A stretch of 64,000 bases of DNA from Vicinamibacterales bacterium (GTDB lineage Bacteria; Acidobacteriota; Vicinamibacteria; Vicinamibacterales; UBA2999): assembly GCA_036274155.1 (NCBI GenBank), contig DASUGH010000158.1, forward strand, positions 16,017 through 80,016, read 5' to 3'. The position numbers and the translations under genes were made by a program. Positions 19,517 through 29,090 of this stretch are shown piece after piece; within the stretch, counting starts at the first letter, position 1; each line of letters starts with the position of its first letter. The notes under the pieces were generated by a model. It had not been told where the DNA came from, made no database searches, and was given only the letters and a program-made list of their open reading frames with translations.

Positions 19517-21351
19517 CCGACACACTGGCGACTACTGCGCTCGCGTTGAGCGCGTTTCCGCTCTCGATAGTCGTCAAGGCTACCGGCATCATGGCGGTCG
19601 CGCTGCTGGCGATGCGGGGCATGCGCCGGTCGCGCGCGTCGATGCGGCACCTGGTGCTCGCGTCGTCATTCGTGGCCACGCTCGTGTTCCCCGTCGTGGG
19701 GCTGATCGTCCCGGCGATCACGGTACCGGTCGAATCGTTCGTCACGCCATCAGCAGTGCTGCCGATCACGATCGCACCTGCAAACGGTGCTGCCCCCGTC
19801 CCCGGCGCGGCTGCTCCATCAGCGGCCGTTACGCCAGAGAGCCACGCGTATCTTCTGTCACCCTCCGCCTGGCTCATTACCGGTTGGGCCGCCGCTGCCG
19901 TCGTGTGTCTGCTCCCGGTCCTCTTCACGCCGATTCGGCTGCGGCGACTCCGCCGAACGGCACAGCGTTGGCACGAGGCGGAGAACGTCGCCCGCTCGCT
20001 CGGCGGCGATCGCAGCGTCGCAGTGCTCGTCCATGAGGAGGTGTCCGCTCCGGTGATCTGCGGCGTGGCGCGGCGGGCGATCGTGATGCCCACCGACGCG
20101 CTCCTGTGGAACGACGGGGAGATTCGGCGCGCGCTCGTCCACGAGCTGGAACACATTCGCCGCGTCGACTGGCCCGTGCACATCGTCACACGCATCGTCT
20201 GCGCGCTCTACTGGTTCCATCCGTTGATCTGGGTTGCGTGGCGGCGGCTCGGTCTCGAAGCGGAACGTGCTTGCGACGATGCGGTGTTGCGAATGGACGA
20301 ACCAACCGCATACGCGCAGCAGCTCGTGACGCTCGCGAGGAGGCACGTGATGGCCAGGGCTATCCCCGCTCTCTCGATGGCTCCCGGGTCCGACCTGGCA
20401 GCACGCGTGACGGCGGTGCTCGACGCCACACAGGCGCGAGGGCGATTGGGGCTGGCGCGCGCATCAGTGGTCATCGCCACTGCGGTGTTGCTCACAGCAG
20501 CGGTTGCACCGCTTCGTGCCAAGGGCAGCCAGACGATACAAAGTCAAGCCGCTGACGCACCGGCCTTCGACGTCGCATCGATCAGGGAAAATACGTCGGG
20601 CGACCAGGGCCAGAGCATTCGCCGGCAGCCGGGCGGCCGCATCGTGACGAGCAACTACGCGTTGCGGTCTCTCATCCTGTCCGCCTACGGGCTCCAGCCG
20701 CAGCAATTGGTCGGCGGTCCCGACTGGATCGACTCGGCGCGCTACGACATCATCGCCCAGGCCTCGCGCGAGTTTCCCATTGCCGAGCCGGGAACTGTCG
20801 GCCCACCGCAGCTCATGATGCAGCGACTGCTGCAGGATCGCTTCAAGCTCGCCGTTCACACCGAAACGCGCGAGCTCCCAATCTACGCGCTGACGACGGC
20901 ACGCAGCGACGGGCGGCTCGGCCCGCAGATTAGAACGGCCGCGATCGACTGCCAGGCTGTCATGAGCGAGGCCCTGAAGAAGGCGCAAGGCGGCGTATCT
21001 CCGCCCACAGCGCCGCAGCGGGCGGACGGCGGGCCAGGATGCGGGATGAGATTCGATGGCCGTCGCGTCACCGCGGGCGGCACGTCGATGGCGGCACTGG
21101 CGAGGAACCTCGCCGGCCCGGTGGGCCGGCTCGTCGTGGACCGCACCGGACTCGCCGGCGGATTCGATTTCGATCTCGAGTTCACGGCCGATCTGCCGGC
21201 GGCAGCTGCAGCCGGACTGCCGCCGCCCGACGCCAACGCGCCGTCAATCTTCACCGCGCTCCAGGAGCAGCTCGGCCTCAAGCTGGAGGCGACGCGCGCA
21301 CCAGTGGAGGTGCTGGCGATCGACGGCGTCGAGAGACCTACGGAGAATTGA
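19513..21351 (+). CDS. BlaR1-like M56 peptidase sensor with TIGR03435-type C-terminal domain
   Basis: ATG at 19513 overlaps the BlaI stop. N-terminal TM helices. HELEHIRRVDW (HEXXH). The C-terminal ~270 aa, ...FDVASIRENTSG...LVVDRTGLAGGFDFDLEF...IFTALQEQLGLKLE...IDGVERPTEN, replaces a penicillin-binding sensor. Confidence 0.85.
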   Translation: MTDTLATTALALSAFPLSIVVKATGIMAVALLAMRGMRRSRASMRHLVLASSFVATLVFPVVGLIVPAITVPVESFVTPSAVLPITIAPANGAAPVPGAAAPSAAVTPESHAYLLSPSAWLITGWAAAAVVCLLPVLFTPIRLRRLRRTAQRWHEAENVARSLGGDRSVAVLVHEEVSAPVICGVARRAIVMPTDALLWNDGEIRRALVHELEHIRRVDWPVHIVTRIVCALYWFHPLIWVAWRRLGLEAERACDDAVLRMDEPTAYAQQLVTLARRHVMARAIPALSMAPGSDLAARVTAVLDATQARGRLGLARASVVIATAVLLTAAVAPLRAKGSQTIQSQAADAPAFDVASIRENTSGDQGQSIRRQPGGRIVTSNYALRSLILSAYGLQPQQLVGGPDWIDSARYDIIAQASREFPIAEPGTVGPPQLMMQRLLQDRFKLAVHTETRELPIYALTTARSDGRLGPQIRTAAIDCQAVMSEALKKAQGGVSPPTAPQRADGGPGCGMRFDGRRVTAGGTSMAALARNLAGPVGRLVVDRTGLAGGFDFDLEFTADLPAAAAAGLPPPDANAPSIFTALQEQLGLKLEATRAPVEVLAIDGVERPTEN

Positions 21352-21521
21352 GTCCGATCACAGTCAAAGGCCTCCTTCCATCGGGTTGCCCGAGCGCAGG
21401 AGCAGGTCGCGATCACAGCGACTCGCCATCGCCTTCATTCGGCGTCAAGAGGAGACGCGGGACTTCCTTGCGGGGCAGCTTGCACCAAGTGGCATCGCGG
21501 TCGCTGCGGCACCGAGTGTCA

Positions 21522-21552
21522 CACTTTGCGATTCTTTGACAGTTCTTTGACA
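21522..21552 (+). promoter_or_regulatory. Direct repeats TTCTTTGACA x2 (plus a degenerate third copy) at 11-bp phasing upstream of the histidine kinase gene
   Basis: ttctttgaca at 21532-21541 and 21543-21552, preceded by cactttgcga at 21522-21531. TACACT lies 15 nt after the second TTGACA. The most plausible CDS start is ATG 21595. Confidence 0.5.
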
Positions 21553-21594
21553 TCCGCACCGGAGGCGTACACTAGCCTCGTTTCACAGGCCGTC

Positions 21595-23562
21595 ATGAAC
21601 CGCTTGCGATATCGGCAGGTGTTCCTCTTCCTGGTGGTCCTGGTCCTGCCCACGGCGGCGATCATCATCCAGAGCCGGTACAACGCGTCCCGTGAGCGGG
21701 AGAACGATGCGCAGGCGCGCGAGCTGGCGCGCCGCGAGCTGGCCGATCTGCGTAGACGGCGCGCGACCGAGATCGGCCAGGACATCGTGACGCGGCTCGA
21801 GCGCATCAAGCTGCAGGAGATTGCCCGCGCGCCCTCCGGAGCCGCGACGGCCGCGACCGCATCCTCCGACTCCGCCGTTGCGTTCGTTGGTTGGGAAGGA
21901 CGTGAAGGGCTGATCTGGCCCTGGAACGTCGCGCATTCCCACAACGGAGGCGCGAGCCGCGAGGAATCGGAGTTTACGCGCAAGCGCCAGGCCGGCGAGC
22001 GCGCGGAATTGGCCGAGCAGAATTATTCGCGAGCCGCCGCGTTCTACCGCGAAGCGCTCGGAAATGCCAGAACCGACGCCGAGCGGGCCTCCGCCAGCCT
22101 TCCGCTCGCCAATGTCCTGGCGCGGGCGGGCGCGCAGGCTGAGGCGGCGCGTGTCTATCGCGGCCTGTTGAAGCTTCCCTCGAGCGTCACCGACGACCAG
22201 GGACTGTCCTTCGCCTCTTATGCCGCCCTGAGGTTGTCGGAGTCGCACGCCGCCGAGGCTCTGGCGCGCGTGAATCTCGACCTGGAATCGGCCGCTCTCT
22301 TGTCACCGGCGCAGGCGTACCGCTGGCGATCCGTGCTGGAGTCGATGGAACGGTCAGGCGACGCGGCTGTACGTTTGGCTGCAGCAGGCGCGTCCGCGCG
22401 GCTCGCAAAGCGCATTGCCGACGTAGAGGACGCCCTCCAGGTGCAGCAGCATTTTCGCGACCTGCGCGTCACAGCGGACTCGTGGCAGCCGTACGCGGGC
22501 CGCGACCGGTGGTGGATCGGCAAGGCGCCTACAGGAGCAGCTTCCCGGCCGCTCGTTCTGGCGGTTCGCGTCGAGGAAATTCTCCGGAGCGTCGAGACTG
22601 AGCGGCAGGCGCGGCATGAGCCCTCATTTCAGCTGGTGACCGACGGCGTCTCGGGCGAATCGCTGGGCGAGCACCTGCCAGGCATGCGTGTCGCCCTCGG
22701 ACCTGAAATCACGAAGGCGGTCGCCGCGCCGGGCGCCGGCCGATCGTTCTATGGGCTCTCCCTCTTTCTCGTCGTGACGCTGACCTTCGTTGGCGCCTTC
22801 TTCCTGTGGCGCGACACGCGCCGCGAGAGCCGGCTCGCGGAGCTGCGATCGCAGTTCGTCTCCAGCGTCTCTCACGAATTGAAGACCCCGCTGACCTCCA
22901 TCCGGATGTTCGCGGAGTCGCTGCAGATGGACGACGAGTCGGGGACGGGCGATCCGAAGGAGCGGGCCGAATACCTGGAGACGATCGTCTGCGAGAGCGA
23001 ACGTCTCACCAGACTGCTCAACAACGTGCTGGACTTCTCCCGCATCGAGCGCGGTCAGAAGAATTACCACCTGCAATCGGAGGAATTGCCGGGTGTGGTC
23101 GACGCCGCCGTGCGCACGATGCGGTTTCCTCTGGCCGAACAGGGCTTCGACCTCCGCGTGGACATCTGCGATGACCTTCCCTCTCTCAGGCTGGATCGCG
23201 ACGCGATCGAGCAGGCCATTCTCAACCTGCTCAACAATGCGATGAAGTACTCGGGAAAAAGCCGGGAGATCGGCCTGCGGCTTTCACGCCGGAATGGCAG
23301 CGCGCTGATCCAGGTCGCTGACCAGGGCATCGGCATCCCGGCTGGCGAGCAGCGCCGCATCTTCGACAAGTTCTACCGCGTCCCCTCCAAGGAGAACAAC
23401 GCCATCTCGGGAACCGGCCTCGGTCTGGCGCTGGTCGCGCACATTGCCGACGCCCACGGCGGAACGGTCGAAGTCGAGAGCGCCCCCGGGAAGGGGAGCA
23501 CGTTCTCCATCGCGCTGCCTCTGCCTCGCGAGCCGGCACCGGATGGAGGCGCCGCGGTATGA
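21595..23562 (+). CDS. Sensor histidine kinase (HisKA + HATPase_c) with large N-terminal extracytoplasmic region
   Basis: TM helix FLFLVVLVLPTAAIII. H-box SVSHELKTPLTSIRMF. N-box LLNNAMKYS. G-boxes DQGIGIP and GTGLGLA. Stop overlaps the next start. Confidence 0.9.
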   Translation: MNRLRYRQVFLFLVVLVLPTAAIIIQSRYNASRERENDAQARELARRELADLRRRRATEIGQDIVTRLERIKLQEIARAPSGAATAATASSDSAVAFVGWEGREGLIWPWNVAHSHNGGASREESEFTRKRQAGERAELAEQNYSRAAAFYREALGNARTDAERASASLPLANVLARAGAQAEAARVYRGLLKLPSSVTDDQGLSFASYAALRLSESHAAEALARVNLDLESAALLSPAQAYRWRSVLESMERSGDAAVRLAAAGASARLAKRIADVEDALQVQQHFRDLRVTADSWQPYAGRDRWWIGKAPTGAASRPLVLAVRVEEILRSVETERQARHEPSFQLVTDGVSGESLGEHLPGMRVALGPEITKAVAAPGAGRSFYGLSLFLVVTLTFVGAFFLWRDTRRESRLAELRSQFVSSVSHELKTPLTSIRMFAESLQMDDESGTGDPKERAEYLETIVCESERLTRLLNNVLDFSRIERGQKNYHLQSEELPGVVDAAVRTMRFPLAEQGFDLRVDICDDLPSLRLDRDAIEQAILNLLNNAMKYSGKSREIGLRLSRRNGSALIQVADQGIGIPAGEQRRIFDKFYRVPSKENNAISGTGLGLALVAHIADAHGGTVEVESAPGKGSTFSIALPLPREPAPDGGAAV

Positions 23563-24242
23563 GCCGGGTGCTGATCGTCGAAGACGACCCGATGATCCTG
23601 CGCGGGCTGCGGGACAACCTCGCGAAGAAGGAGTACGACGTGATCACGGCGTCGGACGGCGAGGAGGGCTATCGCCTCGCGCTCTCGGGCAAGCCGGATC
23701 TGATCATCCTCGACCTGATGCTGCCGAACATGAACGGCCTCGAGATCTGCCAGAAGCTGCGCGCGGACGGCTCGTCCGTGCCGATTCTGATGCTGACGGC
23801 GCGAGGGGAGGAGTCGGACCGGGTGCTCGGTCTGGACCTCGGCGCCGACGACTACGTGACCAAGCCGTTTTCGATCCGCGAGCTGCTCGCCCGCGTGCGG
23901 GCGCGGCTGCGCAGCGCCCAGACGGGCGACACGCTTCCCGACGAGCTGCGCTTCGACGACGTGGTGGTGGATTTCAAACGGTTCGAGGCGACGCGGTGCG
24001 GCTCGCCGCTCGAGATGACGAAGAAGGAGTTCGCGATTCTGCGCCTGCTCGCGGCGAGAGTCGGCGAGGTCGTTTCGCGCGAGGACCTGCTGAACGATGT
24101 CTGGGGCTACGAGAATTATCCCAGCACCAGAACGATCGACACGCACATCGGATGGCTGCGCGCCAAGCTCGAATCCAATCCCGCTTCGCCGAAGCGCCTG
24201 ATTACCGTCCACGGAGTCGGCTACAAATTGACGATTCCTTGA
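23559..24242 (+). CDS. OmpR/PhoB-family response regulator (REC + winged helix)
   Basis: VLIVEDDP..., DLIILDLMLP, DDYVTKPF. C-terminal LEMTKKEFAILRLL...TIDTHIGWLRAKLE...ITVHGVGYKL. Confidence 0.92.
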   Translation: MSRVLIVEDDPMILRGLRDNLAKKEYDVITASDGEEGYRLALSGKPDLIILDLMLPNMNGLEICQKLRADGSSVPILMLTARGEESDRVLGLDLGADDYVTKPFSIRELLARVRARLRSAQTGDTLPDELRFDDVVVDFKRFEATRCGSPLEMTKKEFAILRLLAARVGEVVSREDLLNDVWGYENYPSTRTIDTHIGWLRAKLESNPASPKRLITVHGVGYKLTIP

Positions 24243-24299
24243 CATTTGCTTCGACGCGCGTTGACACCGCGCGCGCCGGACCGCCCTACAGTGGCAGTC

Positions 24300-25397
24300 A
24301 TGAATTGCATCGTCGTGATCGAGGACGACGCCTCCATCCGCCGCGGTCTGGCAGACAGCCTCCGGAAGCAGTCCTACGACGTGCTCACTGCCGCCGACGG
24401 CGAGGAGGGCTGCCGTCTCGTGCGGGACAACCCGCCGGATCTGGTCATCCTCGATCTGATGCTCCCTGGCATGAGCGGCTACGACGTGTGCCGCGAGCTT
24501 CGCGGGCATGGCCTCGCCACCCCGATTCTGATGCTGACCGCCCAGAGTCACGAGGCCGATCGCGTGCAGGGATTCGACTCCGGCGCCGACGACTACGTGA
24601 CCAAGCCGTTCTCGATTCGCGAGCTGATCGGACGGGTGGGCGCCATCCTGCGCCGCTCGGAAGGCCGCCTGGATCTCGCCAATCAGAAGGAGCTCGACGA
24701 CGCCCGACGCATTCAGCAGCAGCTCATGCCGAAGGAGATCCCTCGAATCTCCGGCTTGCGGATTGCCGGGTCGTGGCGCCCCGCGCGGATCGCCGCCGGC
24801 GACTACTTCGACGCCCTGAGGCTCGACGCCGAGACCGTCGCCGTCTGCATCGCCGATGTGTCCGGCAAAGGCATGCCCGCCGCCATGATGATGGCGAACC
24901 TGCAGGCCGCCGTGAAGACCTGTGTCGCGTATCGCATGCGACCGCGGGAGCTGTGCGAGCGTGTCAACCGCGTGATGTGCGCCAACCTCGCCGGGCAGGG
25001 CTTCATCACGTTCTTCTACGCCGAGGTGACGCGCGACCGTCTCGCTTACTGCAACGCCGGTCACAATCCTCCGTTGGCGCAGCTGCACGGCTCGCCGGCG
25101 ACATCCCGTCTATCTGCCGGCGGCATGGTCCTCGGCGTTGTTGCCGACTCGCCTTATGAGGAAGAGGGCGTTCATCTGACGTCCGGCGACTGCGTGCTGC
25201 TGTACACCGACGGCGTCACCGAGAGCCGCGACGCGAGCGGCGAGGAGTTCGGCGAAGACCGTCTCGCGCGTGTCGTGCAGCGGCTTCGTGGCAGCGAGGC
25301 GGCAGTCCTGACCGACGCCGTTCTCAGCGCGGCCGCCGAGTTCAGCCACAACCATTTCCACGACGACCTCACCGTCGTCGCCGTCTCCGTCGACTGA
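24300..25397 (+). CDS. Response regulator with PP2C/SpoIIE-type phosphatase output (REC-PP2C)
   Basis: The REC domain is highly similar to the preceding gene. The output has GDYFD, CIADVSGKGMPAAMMMANLQ and LYTDGVTESRD motifs. ATG at 24300. Confidence 0.9.
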   Translation: MNCIVVIEDDASIRRGLADSLRKQSYDVLTAADGEEGCRLVRDNPPDLVILDLMLPGMSGYDVCRELRGHGLATPILMLTAQSHEADRVQGFDSGADDYVTKPFSIRELIGRVGAILRRSEGRLDLANQKELDDARRIQQQLMPKEIPRISGLRIAGSWRPARIAAGDYFDALRLDAETVAVCIADVSGKGMPAAMMMANLQAAVKTCVAYRMRPRELCERVNRVMCANLAGQGFITFFYAEVTRDRLAYCNAGHNPPLAQLHGSPATSRLSAGGMVLGVVADSPYEEEGVHLTSGDCVLLYTDGVTESRDASGEEFGEDRLARVVQRLRGSEAAVLTDAVLSAAAEFSHNHFHDDLTVVAVSVD

Positions 25398-25406
25398 GGA
25401 GGATGT

Positions 25407-28400
25407 ATGCGTAGGCTCGTGGCTCTCATCACGGCACTGCTTCTCGTGAGCACCGCCACGCTCATCGTCGCGCAGAGAGTCACGGGCGACGATCTCTTCC
25501 AGCAGGCTCTGGATCAGGAACGCGGCAGGCGCGACATCCCCGCGGCGATCAGGATTTACGAACGCATCCTGAAGGAATTCCCGGCGAACCGGGCGCTCAT
25601 GGCCAGGACGCTCGCGCAGCTGGGTGACTGTTACGAGAAGCTCGGGCAGTCGAGGGCGCAGGAGTACTACCAGCAGGTCATCGCGAAATATCCCGAACAG
25701 ACGGAGATGGTCGGCAAGGCCAGAGCGCGCCTGGCCAGCCTCGCCGGCGTTCCAGCCAGCCCGCTGCCGTCCACGCGATTGGAGTTCGTGCTGCCGGCGG
25801 GAACGAATCTGCAACATGTGTTTCGGAACGGCGTGGACATCTCACCCGACGGTAAGCGGATGGCGTTCGTGGCGAGCGCCAGCCTCGACACCGGCTTCGC
25901 GGCACCGCAGCCGCGGCGAATGATCTACGTGAAGTCCACCGATGACTTCAGCCAGACCACCGCGGTTCCCGGTACAGAAAGCGGCTATAACCCCTTTTTC
26001 TCGCCGGACGGCGAATGGCTCGGGTTCTTTGCAGGCCCGGCCGTCGGTAACCCCAACAATCCTCGCCTGCCGATTCAACTCAAGAAGGTGCAGCTTTCCG
26101 GAGGGACGCCCATCGTCCTCACGACCCTCACAATCCATCCGAACAAGTTGACGGCAGACAACTTTGGCGCCACGTGGGGCGCCGATGGAACCATCGTCAT
26201 AGGAAGCTTTCAGGACGGGCTGCAATGGATTCCGCAGGAAGGCGGCGACTTGAAGCCGTTGACGCATCTGGACGCCGGCGCAAACGAAGTGAGCCATCGG
26301 CTTCCACATTTCCTGCCTGATGGAAGCGGCGTCCTCTTCACCGTGCTGCACGACAATCCCCATTTCATCGCTCGCCCGCAGATCTGGATTGCCCCGAAGA
26401 ACGGCAAGCCGAAGCTGGTCGTCGAGGACGGGACGGATGCGAGGGTCGCCAACAACCGGCTGATCTTTGCGCGCCGCGGGAAGCTCTTTTCTATGGCATT
26501 CGACCCGCGAACGCTCGCCACGAGCGGCTCTCCGGTCGCGGTGATCGATGACGGGGTCGTGCACAGCGACATCTTCAACGTGATTGGCGCACGCACTGGC
26601 GCCGCGCAGTTCAGCGTCTCGCAGAACGGGGCGCTGATGTACGCCGTCGGTTCTGTCGAGCCTCCTTTGCAGCGCCCCGTTGCCTGGATCGACAGGAACG
26701 GCGTTGAAGCGCCTCTCGAGATACCGGCCAGGGAGTACGTCTATGCGCGAGTATCGCCCGATGGCAGATACATCTCGCTCGGCTCCCGTGACGGTCTCTG
26801 GGTCTATGACACGGTCTCGAAGGGGCTCGAGAACCAACTGACGGACGCGACGGATGCGCCGGAATGGTCGCCAGACGGCACGCGCCTGGCCTTCTCGCTG
26901 AGCCTGGCTAACGCGACATTTGTGAAGGACGTCGGCTCATCGAACCCCCCGAAACGGGTTGCGGCGGGTTACTCCTTTCCCACCTGGATGCCCGGTGGAC
27001 GCGAGCTCGCGGTGCAACGTGAGACTGGCGGCAGAAGGGAAATCGCGATCGTCGCGGTCGATCAGCCCGGGAAGATTCGGCCTCTTCTCTCCGACCCCGG
27101 GCACAATTACAGCTATCCAACCTTCTCGCCCGACGGACGATGGCTGGCATATTGTTCCGACGAATCGGGAAGCAATCAGGTGTACGTGCAGCCCTATCCC
27201 GGCCCAGGCCCGCGTGTGCGGATCTCGCCGGACTCTTTCATCGAGATCGAAGGGAAGACCCTGCCCCTGCCCCGGCCCGCGGATGCTCCGGTCTGGGCCC
27301 GTGACGGCAGCCAGAGGCTGTTTTACAACCTCCTTCCCGGCTCCGGTGTGACGATGTCCGTGGCGTTTCGGGTCACCGACGGACAGTTCATTCCTGACAC
27401 GCCGACCGAGAACTTCCGCGCCGTCTTCAACAACCCCGTCTTTACGCGTGGGTGGGATGCGGCCCCCGACGGGCGCTTCGTCATCATCAAGCTGCCGCCT
27501 CCCGACCAGGCACAGGAGCGGCAGCGCGCTGTGTTTCCTTCCAGCCTGGTACTGATGGCCCCGAGCGCGCAAAGAATCAGGCTCGGACCGGGATCTGGCT
27601 CATCCACTGCTGCGTCCAGCCGCAACATCACGACCGACACCCGCCTTCGATGGTGGGATCCCATAGGGCAAACCGCGGCTGCGACACCGGCAGGCGAATA
27701 TTTCATGCCGGAGCTCTCTCGCGATGGGAAGTGGGTGGCATTCACCCGCGGCACTCCTCGTAAGGTCTGGAAGATCGAGCTCGCGACAGGCACTCTGCAG
27801 CGCGTGACCGTTCCCGCAAACGATTTCGCGTTTGCGAACCCGCGATGGTCGCCTGACGGCACGAGGATCGCTGCCCAAAGATCGGACGGCATGTTTATGC
27901 TGATCTCGGGGTCAAGTGCCTTCTCAGCGTTCGGGAGCGGCGAAACATCGAGGACTCTGTCGGACTGGTCTCCCGACGGCCGCTATCTGGTCTACGTTAC
28001 GAATGGCGACGTGTTTGCCCTGCCGCTTTCCGCCGACCAGGCGGCCGGCCGCAACCCGATCACATCGATTTCGTTTGACAAACCGCTGCAGATCACCGGC
28101 GGCAAACCACTGCAGATCACATCGACTCCTTTTGCGGAAAGCGATGCCCGCATATCGACCGATGGGCGCTGGATCGCGTACGTGGCGAACGAGCGAGGCC
28201 GGAAGGAGATCTACGTCTCGTCTTTCCCCCAACCGGGAAACAGAGTGCAGGTATCCAGGGAAGGCGGCATTCAGCCGCGATGGGCCGATGGCGGCCGTCG
28301 GTTGATGTACTTCGAGCCGACGACGCCGGGGGGCCGGTATCTCTCGGTTTCGATCGCGGCCACAGGCAGTCAGCCCGAGGTGGGCGCTCCGCAGCCGTTC

Positions 28401-28571
28401 GGACCCCAACCAGAGTCCGGCTACTCTGGGCTGATGGAGCGGGAGTACACGTTCAACATTGGACCTGAGGGGCGACTATTGATGCAGTGCGGAACGCCGG
28501 CTTGCCTCGCCAGTGAAGGGCCACTTACCGGGCCCGAGAAAGGAAGGAATTCAATCCCGCCGGCACGATAG
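25407..28571 (+). CDS. Large secreted TPR + tandem TolB-like (PD40/WD40-like) beta-propeller protein
   Basis: GGAGGA RBS, ATG at 25407 and a signal peptide. TPR-like AIRIYERILKEFPANRALMARTLAQLGDCYEKLGQSRAQEYYQQVIAKYP. Many 'SPDG..laf/ay' propeller strands follow. 1054 aa. Confidence 0.85.
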   Translation: MRRLVALITALLLVSTATLIVAQRVTGDDLFQQALDQERGRRDIPAAIRIYERILKEFPANRALMARTLAQLGDCYEKLGQSRAQEYYQQVIAKYPEQTEMVGKARARLASLAGVPASPLPSTRLEFVLPAGTNLQHVFRNGVDISPDGKRMAFVASASLDTGFAAPQPRRMIYVKSTDDFSQTTAVPGTESGYNPFFSPDGEWLGFFAGPAVGNPNNPRLPIQLKKVQLSGGTPIVLTTLTIHPNKLTADNFGATWGADGTIVIGSFQDGLQWIPQEGGDLKPLTHLDAGANEVSHRLPHFLPDGSGVLFTVLHDNPHFIARPQIWIAPKNGKPKLVVEDGTDARVANNRLIFARRGKLFSMAFDPRTLATSGSPVAVIDDGVVHSDIFNVIGARTGAAQFSVSQNGALMYAVGSVEPPLQRPVAWIDRNGVEAPLEIPAREYVYARVSPDGRYISLGSRDGLWVYDTVSKGLENQLTDATDAPEWSPDGTRLAFSLSLANATFVKDVGSSNPPKRVAAGYSFPTWMPGGRELAVQRETGGRREIAIVAVDQPGKIRPLLSDPGHNYSYPTFSPDGRWLAYCSDESGSNQVYVQPYPGPGPRVRISPDSFIEIEGKTLPLPRPADAPVWARDGSQRLFYNLLPGSGVTMSVAFRVTDGQFIPDTPTENFRAVFNNPVFTRGWDAAPDGRFVIIKLPPPDQAQERQRAVFPSSLVLMAPSAQRIRLGPGSGSSTAASSRNITTDTRLRWWDPIGQTAAATPAGEYFMPELSRDGKWVAFTRGTPRKVWKIELATGTLQRVTVPANDFAFANPRWSPDGTRIAAQRSDGMFMLISGSSAFSAFGSGETSRTLSDWSPDGRYLVYVTNGDVFALPLSADQAAGRNPITSISFDKPLQITGGKPLQITSTPFAESDARISTDGRWIAYVANERGRKEIYVSSFPQPGNRVQVSREGGIQPRWADGGRRLMYFEPTTPGGRYLSVSIAATGSQPEVGAPQPFGPQPESGYSGLMEREYTFNIGPEGRLLMQCGTPACLASEGPLTGPEKGRNSIPPAR

Positions 28572-28678
28572 CCTCCCGCAGCCGGCTGAGGCGGAGCATT
28601 CGGGGAGCGATAATCCGCTACGTGTCCCGATTCCTCGATAGCGATCGCACCGTATGTCGCCAGGAGCATGCAGACTCA

Positions 28679-28750
28679 CATCGGTTATCGATGGAATGAC
28701 TTGACACCTCTGTCGGTAAAGGCACACTATTCCCATCGCCTGACGATGGG
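28679..28750 (+). promoter_or_regulatory. Two CATCG-N5-CGATG palindromes flanking a TTGACA box upstream of the PadR gene
   Basis: catcg-gttat-cgatg at 28679-28693. TTGACA at 28701-28706. cccatcg-cctga-cgatggg at 28732-28750. ATG at 28759. Confidence 0.45.
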
Positions 28751-28758
28751 AGAGAGGG

Positions 28759-29088
28759 ATGAAGAGTGAGCCGCCTGACCTGCTGCCCGGGACGCTTGAT
28801 CTCCTGATTCTCAAGACGCTCGCGCGCGGCGCGATGCACGGCTACGGCATCGCGCAGCATCTCAAGGCGGCCTCCCGCGACGTCCTGCAGGTGGGCGAGA
28901 GCTCGCTCTACCCGGCCCTGCAGCGTCTGCTGTTGAACGGATGGGTCACCGCGGAATGGGGGGCCTCCGAGAACAACCGCCGAGCCCGCTTTTACACGCT
29001 CACAGCGTTGGGCAGAAAGCGCCTCACCGCGGAGCGCCAGGAATTCGATCGCCTGGTGCTCGCGATTCAACAGGTGCTCGCGATCTAG
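28759..29088 (+). CDS. PadR-family transcriptional regulator (acidobacterial TIGR03433-like)
   Basis: LLPGTLDLLILKTLARGAMHGYGIAQHL...SLYPALQRLLLNGWVTAEWGASENNRRARFYTLTALGRKRL. 2 nt separate it from the next gene. Confidence 0.92.
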   Translation: MKSEPPDLLPGTLDLLILKTLARGAMHGYGIAQHLKAASRDVLQVGESSLYPALQRLLLNGWVTAEWGASENNRRARFYTLTALGRKRLTAERQEFDRLVLAIQQVLAI

Positions 29089-29090
29089 AC

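Noticed and set aside
21526-21594. Upstream TTG start (21526) for the histidine kinase
   Set aside because: It would place the TTCTTTGACA direct repeats and TTGACA boxes inside the coding sequence and add a non-hydrophobic leader. ATG 21595 gives a normal short cytoplasmic N-terminus followed by a TM helix.
24243-24299. Terminator or promoter between the two response-regulator genes (GCGCG-ttgacac-CGCGC, TTGACA box)
   Set aside because: The stem is only 5-6 bp with no U-tract. The spacing from TTGACA to the nearest -10-like hexamer (TACAGT) is about 20 nt. Too weak to call either way.
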